64,000 nucleotides of DNA from Pseudomonadota bacterium (GTDB lineage Bacteria; Pseudomonadota; Gammaproteobacteria; Pseudomonadales; JADFDG01): the NCBI GenBank assembly GCA_049324495.1, contig JBMOOP010000110.1:26027-90026 (forward strand), written 5' to 3'. The notes under the pieces are model-generated. The model did not search any database. It was given only the letters and a program-made list of their open reading frames with translations, and was not told the origin of the DNA. Positions 53,426-61,977 of the stretch are shown here, in pieces. Positions within the stretch are counted from its first letter, which is position 1; each line of letters begins with the position of its first letter. The position numbers and the translations under genes were made by a program.

Positions 53426-56400
53426 TCTTTGACCAATACAGTCGCTACAAAGCCTGCGCCGATTTGCTTCGGCTTGCCGGCTTTTCTCCAGGTCAGTCTG
53501 TACTCGACGCAGGCAGTGGGCCGGAGTGCCTGTTCGGGCAATTCATGCCGGATGCTGCGATGACCTATGTCGATCCGCTGATCCCGGGCGGTTCCGGATC
53601 GAACCATATCACCGGCGACGTCTTTGCCGGCCAGCTGGATGGGCAGCTTTTTGATTGCGTGTCTTCTGTCGACGTTCTGGAGCATGTGCCGCCGCAAGAT
53701 CGCAAGGCAATGTTGCAGCGCTTGTCATCGTTGAGCCGGCATACCTTGATTCTCGGCTTTCCCACGTCCGACTCTTCCCGTGCGCTGGAGACGGACAGGG
53801 CCATCGAGGATCAATACCGGGCTGTTTATGGCCGGGATTATTCGTGGCTTGAGGAGCACCACAAGTTTGGTCTCCCGTCCCTCGCGGAAACGGTGACGCA
53901 GTTAAGTGAGTTGGGATGGCATTGCCAGTCGGTTGGCCACGGCCACGCGCCCTGGCTGCAGGAACTGCTGGGCTTTGTGATTTGCGCGTGGGAAATCCCC
54001 GGGTTGAAGGATGTCGTTCTGAAGATCAGCGATCGCTTCAATCGCGAATTGTATCCCCATGACTTTTTGTCCCCGCACTACCGGCAGTTTGTCATTGCCA
54101 CGCGCAATCCGGTGCCGCGCATCGTTCCGCCTGCGGGCGCAGGAAGCCGCAGTGATGCCGAGGCTCTCTTCCGGGCACTGATGGAAGATGCGCACCACCA
54201 GTATTTCGCCGCCAGCATGCGGCAACTTGTCGATCGGGAAATCCTGGTTGTCGAGCGGAATGCCGTGCTGGCTGAGCGCGACCACGAGGTCGGCGCCCTC
54301 AACGCGAAGATTCAGGAAGTGTCTGCCTGGGGCAAGAAATTGCAGGGTGAAATGGTCGAGCGCGACCGGCAGGTGGGCGCGCTCAATGCGCAGGTCGAGA
54401 AGGTCTCCATCTGGGGCAAAACCCTGCAGGACAGGGTAGCTGAGCGTAACGCGCAGATCGATGTGCTCAACGCAAAGATTGAAGAAATATCTACCTGGTC
54501 CCAGGCCATGCAGGGCGCGCGAGACGCGGCCCTTGCCGAGAAAGACGCGGCCCTTGCCGAGAAAGACGCGGCTCTTGCCGAGAAAGACGCGGCTCTTGCC
54601 GAGAAAGACGCGGCCCTTGCCGAGAAAGACGCGGCCCTTGCCGAGAAAGACGCGGCCCTTGCCGAGAAAGACGCGGCCCTTGCAGCGAGGGATGCAGCGC
54701 TTGCCGAAACCGGGGTGGTGAGCAACGAACGCGATGACGCGCTGCGCCTGCGCAATGATTACATGCGCCTGGTCGATCTCATGCGCAGCAGCCTGTCATG
54801 GCGCCTGACCATGCCGCTGCGGTTGATTGCCAGAATTTTCCGGCACGGCCTCGTCGGCGATGACCGCCGCCGGGTTGTCGACATGTTGCGGCGCCTGTAC
54901 CACCGGGTGCCGTTGCCGGCGGCAGTGCGATACCGTGTCAGCCAACACATGCAAAGTCGCCGGCGTGGTTTTGTGTTGTCGGTTGAACCGCAGAGGGATT
55001 CGCCGCTGTCGACCATGCCCGATTCTGCAGTCAGGCTGGAGGTTCAGCAGTCGGGCCTTCCGGATTACATCTTTTGGGGCGTGATTGACTGGCATTTCCG
55101 GCACCAGCGCCCGCAGCAGTTGGCGCAGGCGCTGGCCGACAGCGGGCGTCGCGTGTTTTACGTGTCGGAATCGATGGTCGACAATGAAGCGCCGGGCTTC
55201 GATATCGAGCCGCTCGGCGATACCGGCCGGCTGTTCAGCATCAGGTTGTTCGTGAAGGGCGCGCCGGTGATTTATCACTCGGTTCCGACCGGCGACCATA
55301 TCGTGCAGTTGCGGCAAAGCGTGGGCGAATTGCTGGCCTGGGCCAACACCGGCTCGACCGTGTCGATGGTCCAGCACCCGTTCTGGCTCAACGTGGCCGC
55401 TGCGCTGCCTGACGGCCGGCTTGTATACGACTGCATGGATCACCACGAAGGCTTCGGCAACGTGCCGCCGGAAATGATTGCCATGGAGCGGGCGCTGCTC
55501 GCCAGCGCCGACCTCACCATCACGACATCTTCCTGGCTGGACCAGATCGTTGCCGGCAAGACCGCTAACCGCGCCATCATCCGCAATGCCGGCGAGTTCG
55601 AGCATTTTGCACGGGTGCCGGGCGACATCTTCCGCGATCCGAAGGGGCGGCGCGTCATCGGCTACTACGGCGCCATTGCCGAGTGGTTCGATATCGAACT
55701 GGTCGCGGCGATTGCGCAGAAATTTTCGGATTGCTGCATCCTGCTGATCGGCTCCGATACCGTGAACGCCAAGGGCGTGCTCGGCAAATATTCCAACGTC
55801 ACGTTTACCGGCGAGATTCCCTATGCGGAACTGCCGCGCTACCTGCATGCGTTTGATGTGTGCCTGCTGCCGTTCAGGGTCATCCCACTGACGCTGGCCA
55901 CCAACCCGGTGAAGGTCTACGAATACCTGAGTGCGGGAAAGCCGGTCGTGGTCGTGGATCTGCCCGAGATGGCGCAGTTCGGCGACCTGGTCGATGTTGC
56001 GCGGAATCATGACGAGTACTGCGCTGCCATTGAGCGGCACCTCGCACTAAAAGCTGCTCCGGCGGCAGTGGCAGCACGGCAGGAGTTCGGCCGCAACCAG
56101 ACTTGGGGTCACCGTGCGACGAAACTGATCGAGCATGTTGAATCGGCAGCGGGAGATCCGCCGGTCAGCGTGATCGTTGTCACGTACAACAATATCGAAT
56201 TGACCAAGGCTTGCCTCGCGAGCCTCGATGCGCATTCGCACTACGGCAACATCGAGATCATCGTCGTCGATAACGCGTCCAGCGACGGCTCACCGGAATT
56301 TCTTGCCGACTGGGTAAAGCAGGCGGGTAACCGCAAGCTGATCCTGAATACTGACAACCGGGGTTTTGCGGCGGCGAACAACCAGGGCCTGGCGATTGCA

Positions 56401-56940
56401 TCCGGTGATTATCTCGTCCTGCTGAACAATGACACCTACGTTACGCCCGGCTGGGTCAGGACGATGGTGAACCACATGCGTCGCAATACCGGCCTCGGCC
56501 TGCTGGGGCCGGTGACGAACAATATCGGCAACGAAGCGCGCATCGAGATTTCCTACGAGTCGATGGACGAGATGCTGGTTCGGTCTCGCGAACACACGCG
56601 TCGCCGGATCGGCCGGATATTCCCGCTGCGCACTGCCGCGTTTTTCTGCGTGATGATTCCCAGGAAGACGTATGAGGCCGTTGGCCCGCTCGACGAGGCG
56701 TTCGGCCGTGGCTTCTTCGAAGATGACGATTATTGTCGCCGCGTGGAGCAACTCGGATTGCAGGTCGGTTGTGCCGAAGATGTGTTCATTCACCACCACC
56801 TTTCCGCGTCGTTCAACAAGCTGAAGCAGGAAGACCGGCAGCGTCTCTTCGAAGAAAACAAGAAAATCTACGAGGCGAAGTGGGGTGCGTGGATTCCGCA
56901 TACCTATGAACGGGTCGGCGAGGGGGGGGCGCCGCCGTGA
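53422..56940 (+). CDS. Multidomain methyltransferase / coiled-coil / GT4-like / GT2 glycosyltransferase fusion (1172 aa)
   Basis: Methyltransferase SVLDAGSGPECLFGQF...SSVDVLEHVP; repeat-built coiled coil; GT-B-like YIFWGVIDWHFRHQRPQQLAQAL; GT2 VSVIVVTYNNIELTKACLASL...VDNASSDGS. Confidence 0.88.
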   Translation: MIFDQYSRYKACADLLRLAGFSPGQSVLDAGSGPECLFGQFMPDAAMTYVDPLIPGGSGSNHITGDVFAGQLDGQLFDCVSSVDVLEHVPPQDRKAMLQRLSSLSRHTLILGFPTSDSSRALETDRAIEDQYRAVYGRDYSWLEEHHKFGLPSLAETVTQLSELGWHCQSVGHGHAPWLQELLGFVICAWEIPGLKDVVLKISDRFNRELYPHDFLSPHYRQFVIATRNPVPRIVPPAGAGSRSDAEALFRALMEDAHHQYFAASMRQLVDREILVVERNAVLAERDHEVGALNAKIQEVSAWGKKLQGEMVERDRQVGALNAQVEKVSIWGKTLQDRVAERNAQIDVLNAKIEEISTWSQAMQGARDAALAEKDAALAEKDAALAEKDAALAEKDAALAEKDAALAEKDAALAEKDAALAARDAALAETGVVSNERDDALRLRNDYMRLVDLMRSSLSWRLTMPLRLIARIFRHGLVGDDRRRVVDMLRRLYHRVPLPAAVRYRVSQHMQSRRRGFVLSVEPQRDSPLSTMPDSAVRLEVQQSGLPDYIFWGVIDWHFRHQRPQQLAQALADSGRRVFYVSESMVDNEAPGFDIEPLGDTGRLFSIRLFVKGAPVIYHSVPTGDHIVQLRQSVGELLAWANTGSTVSMVQHPFWLNVAAALPDGRLVYDCMDHHEGFGNVPPEMIAMERALLASADLTITTSSWLDQIVAGKTANRAIIRNAGEFEHFARVPGDIFRDPKGRRVIGYYGAIAEWFDIELVAAIAQKFSDCCILLIGSDTVNAKGVLGKYSNVTFTGEIPYAELPRYLHAFDVCLLPFRVIPLTLATNPVKVYEYLSAGKPVVVVDLPEMAQFGDLVDVARNHDEYCAAIERHLALKAAPAAVAARQEFGRNQTWGHRATKLIEHVESAAGDPPVSVIVVTYNNIELTKACLASLDAHSHYGNIEIIVVDNASSDGSPEFLADWVKQAGNRKLILNTDNRGFAAANNQGLAIASGDYLVLLNNDTYVTPGWVRTMVNHMRRNTGLGLLGPVTNNIGNEARIEISYESMDEMLVRSREHTRRRIGRIFPLRTAAFFCVMIPRKTYEAVGPLDEAFGRGFFEDDDYCRRVEQLGLQVGCAEDVFIHHHLSASFNKLKQEDRQRLFEENKKIYEAKWGAWIPHTYERVGEGGAPP
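54274..54525 (+). repeat. Three diverged 84-bp (28-residue) tandem repeats
   Basis: ERDHEVGALNAKIQEVSAWGKKLQGEMV / ERDRQVGALNAQVEKVSIWGKTLQDRVA / ERNAQIDVLNAKIEEISTWSQAMQGARD, 28 aa each (4 heptads). Confidence 0.85.
54517..54705 (+). repeat. Nine tandem 21-bp repeats encoding (E/A)(K/R)DAALA heptads
   Basis: GCGCGAGACGCGGCCCTTGCC, then 7x GAGAAAGACGCGGC(C/T)CTTGC(C/A), then GCGAGGGATGCAGCGCTTGCC. The central 7 units (54538-54684) are nearly identical. Confidence 0.95.
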
Positions 56941-57311
56941 GCGGCCAGCTCTTCCGGTTCTTGGCAACCGGTGCCCTCGCGACGGCGCTGCAGTATATCG
57001 TGCTCTGGTTCGGCGTCGAGATGCTCGCCTGGCAGCCAGTGCGGGCGTCGGGCGCCGGCTACCTGGCGGGTTCTGTACTGAGTTATGTACTCAACTATTT
57101 CTTCACGTTCGGAAGCGATCGCAGCCATCCCGAAACGGTCATGAAGTTCTATGTAATGGTTGCGATCGGCTGGTGCGTGAATACTGGGTCAATGGCGTTC
57201 CTGACCCAGTTCCTGCACTGGGGTGTCTGGGTTTCCCAGGTCCTCGCTACGATCATCACGCTCGTCTGGAATTTCCTGATTTCCCGTCACATTGTCTTTC
57301 GGTCGAACTGA
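56937..57311 (+). CDS. GtrA-family membrane protein (flippase-like)
   Basis: FRFLATGALATALQYIVLWFGVEML, SYVLNYFFTFGSDRSH; GTGA overlap with the upstream stop. Confidence 0.85.
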   Translation: MSGQLFRFLATGALATALQYIVLWFGVEMLAWQPVRASGAGYLAGSVLSYVLNYFFTFGSDRSHPETVMKFYVMVAIGWCVNTGSMAFLTQFLHWGVWVSQVLATIITLVWNFLISRHIVFRSN

Positions 57312-57312
57312 T

Positions 57313-58290
57313 ATGAAAAAGCTTATCTCAGTCATTGTCCCCGCCTTCAACGAGGAGGATGTCATCGATATCTTCCACGCCAGCATGAGTGAGGTGTTCG
57401 ACAGGCTGCCGCAATATCGCTGCGAGATGATATTCGTCAACGATGGGAGTTCGGACCGTACCCGGGAGATCATCCTCGCGCTCGCGGGCCGGGATCCGCG
57501 CGTTTCGGTGATTTCCCTGTCACGCAATTTCGGCAAGGAAGCGGCGATGACGGCCGGGTTCGATCATGCGCGCGGCGATGCCGTCGCGATCTTCGACGTC
57601 GACCTGCAGGATCCGCCGGATCTACTCTTCCAGTTCGTCGAACACTGGGAGAAGGGTTATGACGTCGTCTATGCGAAGCGCACCCACCGGGACGGCGAGT
57701 CCTGGGTGAAGAAGGTCACCGCGGCGGCTTTCTACCGCGTGATACAGAAGCTCTCTCGTGTTTCCATCCCGCAGGATACCGGCGACTGCCGCCTGATGAG
57801 CCGCCGGGTCGTGCAGGAACTTATCCGGCTGCGCGAGCATCACCGCTTCATGAAGGGGCTGTTCGCGTGGGTAGGCTTTCCGTCGATCGCGGTTGAGTAC
57901 CGCCGGGATCCCCGCGTCGCCGGGGAAACCAAGTTCAACTACTGGAAGCTCTGGAACTTCGCGCTCGAGGGCATCACGTCATTCACCATCGCGCCGTTGA
58001 AAATCGCCATGTACGTGGGTTTCCTGATCGCGGCAGGCGCTTTTCTCATGGGCGGCTGGATCGTACTCAAGACGCTGCTGTGGGGTGAGGCGGTTCGTGG
58101 TTACCCGACCCTCATCGTCACCGTCCTGTGCATGGGTGGCGTCCAGCTCTTCTTCATCGGGGTGCTGGGCGAGTACTTGGGGCGGATTTTCGGTGAGACC
58201 AAGAATCGGCCGCTCTACCTGGTCGAGTGTTTCCAGCCTTCGGCCGTGAGTGCAGGTGGTCCCGTTGAGCCGGAAACGGATCGGGGTTGA
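57313..58290 (+). CDS. GtrB/ArnC-like family 2 glycosyltransferase (undecaprenyl-phosphate)
   Basis: MKKLISVIVPAFNEEDVID, FVNDGSSDRTREIIL, DVDLQDPPDLL, C-terminal two TMs. Confidence 0.9.
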   Translation: MKKLISVIVPAFNEEDVIDIFHASMSEVFDRLPQYRCEMIFVNDGSSDRTREIILALAGRDPRVSVISLSRNFGKEAAMTAGFDHARGDAVAIFDVDLQDPPDLLFQFVEHWEKGYDVVYAKRTHRDGESWVKKVTAAAFYRVIQKLSRVSIPQDTGDCRLMSRRVVQELIRLREHHRFMKGLFAWVGFPSIAVEYRRDPRVAGETKFNYWKLWNFALEGITSFTIAPLKIAMYVGFLIAAGAFLMGGWIVLKTLLWGEAVRGYPTLIVTVLCMGGVQLFFIGVLGEYLGRIFGETKNRPLYLVECFQPSAVSAGGPVEPETDRG

Positions 58291-58356
58291 ATACTGGATT
58301 GGGCGGCGACGCCTTTCGCGCCGCTGCCAACGGTGAATTGAGGATGTTTCGACGCC

Positions 58357-59388
58357 ATGAAAATGCTGGGTGATCTGTTCAGCGGCCGCGAGAACAACAT
58401 GAACCTGATGCGGCTAGTGGCCGCATTCGCGGTCATATACGGGCATGCCTCCGCCATTACGGGGCATGGTCCGGGAGATATATTCCTGCAGCTTGTTGGT
58501 TTCAAGTTCATCGGTGGCGTCGCAGTCGACGTGTTCTTTGTGTTAAGCGGCTTCCTCGTTTGTGCGAGTGCGATGAGTGTCAACGGGCTCAAGTACTACT
58601 TCGCATCGCGCCTGCTGCGCATCTACCCGGCGTTGTTTGTGTGCGTTGGCTTGTCGGTGCTGGTCATCGGGCCGCTGCTGAGTGTCTCGGATATGTACTG
58701 GTCCGATCCGCAGACCTGGCGGTACCTGTTCAACAACGCCACGGCTTTCCGCACGGAATACTTCCTGCCCGGCGTCTTTACGAGCCTGCATGACCCGGCG
58801 GTGAATGGCTCGCTCTGGTCGCTCCAGGTCGAGGTCAGGCTCTATCTGATCCTCGCGTTGGCGGCGATCCTCGGTGTGTTCCGCAACAGGGCGCTGTTCA
58901 ATTTCCTGTTCTTCGCCACACTGGTCATCGGTTACCTGAAGCCTGACGTCTTTGGCGGTTTTCTCGGTCCGGAGAACCATCGCCACGTCGCGATGATGTT
59001 TCTGATCGGGGCTTTCGCGTGGATCAACCGTGACCAGATTCCGATGAGCCCGGTGTTCATGCTGGCCTTGCTGTTCTTCGCTGCGACCTTGCACGGCACC
59101 GACAAGTTCAACTATGCCTATTCGATCCTCCTGCCCTATGCCGTGCTCTACATCGCGGTAGCTCCGGGTGGGCGCTGGTTTGATCGCTTCGGTGATTACT
59201 CGTACGGCGTGTACCTGTATGGCTGGCTTTCGCAGCAACTGGTGATGGCCGCATATCCCGACGCGAGCAATGCGGCCAACGCCTGGCTCGGCGCTCTGCT
59301 CGCCCTGGCGTTCGCGATGATGTCATGGCATTTCATCGAGAAGCCGTCCCTTGCCTACAAGAAGTTGTTTGCCCGGAAGGTCGCATGA
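58357..59388 (+). CDS. Membrane acyltransferase (acyltransferase-3 family)
   Basis: MNLMRLVAAFAVIYGHASAITG, GGVAVDVFFVLSGFLVCAS. Confidence 0.9.
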   Translation: MKMLGDLFSGRENNMNLMRLVAAFAVIYGHASAITGHGPGDIFLQLVGFKFIGGVAVDVFFVLSGFLVCASAMSVNGLKYYFASRLLRIYPALFVCVGLSVLVIGPLLSVSDMYWSDPQTWRYLFNNATAFRTEYFLPGVFTSLHDPAVNGSLWSLQVEVRLYLILALAAILGVFRNRALFNFLFFATLVIGYLKPDVFGGFLGPENHRHVAMMFLIGAFAWINRDQIPMSPVFMLALLFFAATLHGTDKFNYAYSILLPYAVLYIAVAPGGRWFDRFGDYSYGVYLYGWLSQQLVMAAYPDASNAANAWLGALLALAFAMMSWHFIEKPSLAYKKLFARKVA

Positions 59389-60803
59389 GCATGTACACGA
59401 ATGCCGGGGTCACGCGTACGCTGCAGGACGTCGCGCTAATTTTCTGCCTGTCGCTGTTGGGGCTGCTGTGGTTGATTGCCAACCCGGGGTACTACAGCCA
59501 CGACGAATTGCAAAAGCTCGATCATGTCGTCCGCTATGGCTTCCAGGAATACCTGAAAGCGTATGTCGTTATCGTCCAAGGCAGTGAGTTTGGCACGCCG
59601 GTGCGGCCGTTCGCCTTCTTCATTCAGGGTGTACTCGCGCTGGGGATGAGGGATTTCCCTTTCCTGGTCCATCTGTTCGACGTGCTCACCCACGCGGCGG
59701 TTGCGGCGCTGGTTTACCTGGCATTGCGGCGGTTCGCCGTCGAACGGCGCGTGGCGCTGGTGGCTGCCGCCGGTTTTGCGCTGAGCCCCATGGCCGTCAT
59801 TGCGGCCGGCTGGTCTGCGGCACTGATGGATCGCTGGTATGTCCTGTTCGGTTTGCTGGCGCTGCTTGCCGTCGAGCGCTTCCTGAGCGGCACACAACAA
59901 AAGCGCTATCTCGTCCTGCTGTTCCTTTGGGCGTCGCTCGCGATCCTGTCCAAGGAAACGGCGATCATGCTGGCCGGGACGATGATGATCTTCATCCTGA
60001 TACGTCCGCAGATCCTGAGGGAACGGAAGTTCTGGGTCGCGCTGGCAGTGTTCGCGCTCCCTGCGCTGCTGTATCTGTTGTATCGCTTGCCGGCCATCGT
60101 TTCCTCGTTCGGCAATCCGGCCGGAGGCGCCTACAAGGCATCGACGGGCAACCTGCCGGAAGGGATCGTCCTCTATCTCGCCTATCCCTTTCTCTATTCG
60201 GTGACGGAGGCAATCAACTGGGTGTTCGTCCCGAAGTTCTGGGTGGGCGTGGCAGTCGCTGCGAACCTTGCCATCCCGCTATTGCTGTGGCGCCTGAAGA
60301 GTGCACGGTTCGCGCTCGGTTATGTCTTTTTCTATTTTCTGTTCCTGCTGCCGGTCCTATTGATCCCGAACCGGGGAGCACATTACCTGTATGGGTCGTC
60401 GATCGTGGTTTGTGTCGCGCTGGCATGCCTGCTCTGCGATCGGGCATCGTGGTTCAGTCCGCACCGTATCGCTGCCCTCGGCCTAGCCGCCGTTTTGCTG
60501 GTGCACACCGTTTACCTGCAGGTATTTGTATATTCGATCGGGTCATGCATGGACTCGGCGATGACTGGCGTCGAAGCGAGCTATCTTGGCATCGACAGGC
60601 CTTCTGCGCTCGAGTTGCGCGCGGAGCCCGGTGCTCCTGGCCATGTTCTTCACCGGTTCACCACCGGGCGCGAGCAGATCGGAGAAAACTATCCGGTGAA
60701 GATGACGGTCGCTGAATGGGATGCACCGTCTGACGGCGCGACGCCGGTTCTGATCATGGACAGGCAGTGTCGGGTTTTTGCCCGCCTTGCACCGAAGCGA
60801 TAG
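59385..60803 (+). CDS. Polytopic membrane protein, candidate GT-C type glycosyltransferase
   Basis: N-terminal TM then HDELQKLDHVVRYGFQEYLK; many TMs; WASLAILSKETAIMLAGT as in GT39/GT-C proteins. Confidence 0.65.
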   Translation: MSMYTNAGVTRTLQDVALIFCLSLLGLLWLIANPGYYSHDELQKLDHVVRYGFQEYLKAYVVIVQGSEFGTPVRPFAFFIQGVLALGMRDFPFLVHLFDVLTHAAVAALVYLALRRFAVERRVALVAAAGFALSPMAVIAAGWSAALMDRWYVLFGLLALLAVERFLSGTQQKRYLVLLFLWASLAILSKETAIMLAGTMMIFILIRPQILRERKFWVALAVFALPALLYLLYRLPAIVSSFGNPAGGAYKASTGNLPEGIVLYLAYPFLYSVTEAINWVFVPKFWVGVAVAANLAIPLLLWRLKSARFALGYVFFYFLFLLPVLLIPNRGAHYLYGSSIVVCVALACLLCDRASWFSPHRIAALGLAAVLLVHTVYLQVFVYSIGSCMDSAMTGVEASYLGIDRPSALELRAEPGAPGHVLHRFTTGREQIGENYPVKMTVAEWDAPSDGATPVLIMDRQCRVFARLAPKR

Positions 60804-60870
60804 GTTTCGCTCAGTGCGAGGCGGCCGTGAGGACGCTGGATTCCAGACAGGCGAGAAGCGAGAATTAATC

Positions 60871-61977
60871 GTGAACAAGGTTTCCAAGATTCTGTGCGTC
60901 GTCGGCACCCGCCCCGAAGCCATCAAAATGGCCCCGGTCATTCTCGCGCTAAAAAAAGAGCCCTGGGCGGAGGTGCGCGTGCTGGCCACGGCGCAGCATC
61001 GCCACATGCTCGACCAGGTGCTGAAGTTTTTCGATATCGAGCCGGACATCGACCTCGACATCATGAAGCCGAACCAGGCGCTGACGACACTGACGGCGCG
61101 CCTGCTGCTCGATCTTGACGATGTGCTGACCGCCGAAAAGCCGGACGTGGTCCTGGTGCAGGGCGATACCACCACCGTCATGACCGCGGCGCTTGCGTCT
61201 TTCTATCACCGCATCCCGATCGGCCACGTCGAGGCCGGGCTGCGTACCGGCGATATGCAGAATCCCTTTCCGGAAGAAGCCAATCGCGTGATTTCCGGTC
61301 GGTTGGCACGCTGGCATTTTGCGCCGACGGAAAGTTCGCGACAGAACCTCCTGCGCGAAGGCGTTGCCGATACCGCCATCGTTGTTACCGGCAATACCGT
61401 CATCGATGCGCTGCTGATGACGGCGTCGCGCGAGCTCACGCTCGATGTCCCGCTGGTTCCGGACAGGCGAATGGTGCTGATCACGGCGCACCGGCGCGAA
61501 AATTTCGGCGAGCCATTCCGCAACATCTGCCGGGCGCTGCACGATCTCGCTGCTCGCAACCCGGATGTGCAGTTTCTGTATCCGGTACATCCGAATCCGA
61601 ACGTCAAGGACGTGGCGCACGAGATGCTGGGCAAGTGCGCCAACTTCATGTTGTGCGATCCGCTCGACTACGCGCCATTCATCGCCGCCATGAAGCGCGC
61701 GCACTTCATCATCAGTGATTCCGGTGGCGTGCAGGAAGAAGCACCGGCGCTGGGCAAGCCGGTGCTGGTGCTGCGCGAGGAAACAGAACGGCCGGAAGCC
61801 GTGGATGCCGGCGTCGTGAAACTGGTGGGGTCCGATTACCAGCGCATCATGACCGAAGCGCAACGGCTGCTCGACGACGACGTTGCGTACCGGGCGATGG
61901 CTCGCGGTGTTTCACCCTACGGCGACGGCCATGGTGCCGAACGCATCGCCAAGGTATTGCGAGAGCATTTTTCTTGA
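60871..61977 (+). CDS. wecB: UDP-N-acetylglucosamine 2-epimerase (non-hydrolysing)
   Basis: ILCVVGTRPEAIKMAPVILAL, VQGDTTTVMTAALASFYHRIPIGHVEAGLRTGD, SDSGGVQEEAPALGKPVLVLREETERPE. Confidence 0.95.
   Translation: MNKVSKILCVVGTRPEAIKMAPVILALKKEPWAEVRVLATAQHRHMLDQVLKFFDIEPDIDLDIMKPNQALTTLTARLLLDLDDVLTAEKPDVVLVQGDTTTVMTAALASFYHRIPIGHVEAGLRTGDMQNPFPEEANRVISGRLARWHFAPTESSRQNLLREGVADTAIVVTGNTVIDALLMTASRELTLDVPLVPDRRMVLITAHRRENFGEPFRNICRALHDLAARNPDVQFLYPVHPNPNVKDVAHEMLGKCANFMLCDPLDYAPFIAAMKRAHFIISDSGGVQEEAPALGKPVLVLREETERPEAVDAGVVKLVGSDYQRIMTEAQRLLDDDVAYRAMARGVSPYGDGHGAERIAKVLREHFS

Noticed and set aside
54517-54705. 21-bp repeat array considered as CRISPR-like
   Set aside because: Units are contiguous without spacers and lie in-frame within a coding region.
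54312-54755. Minus-strand repeat ORF (SFSARAA repeats) opposite the coiled coil
   Set aside because: Product of the 21-bp repeat read on the other strand; no start context or independent support.
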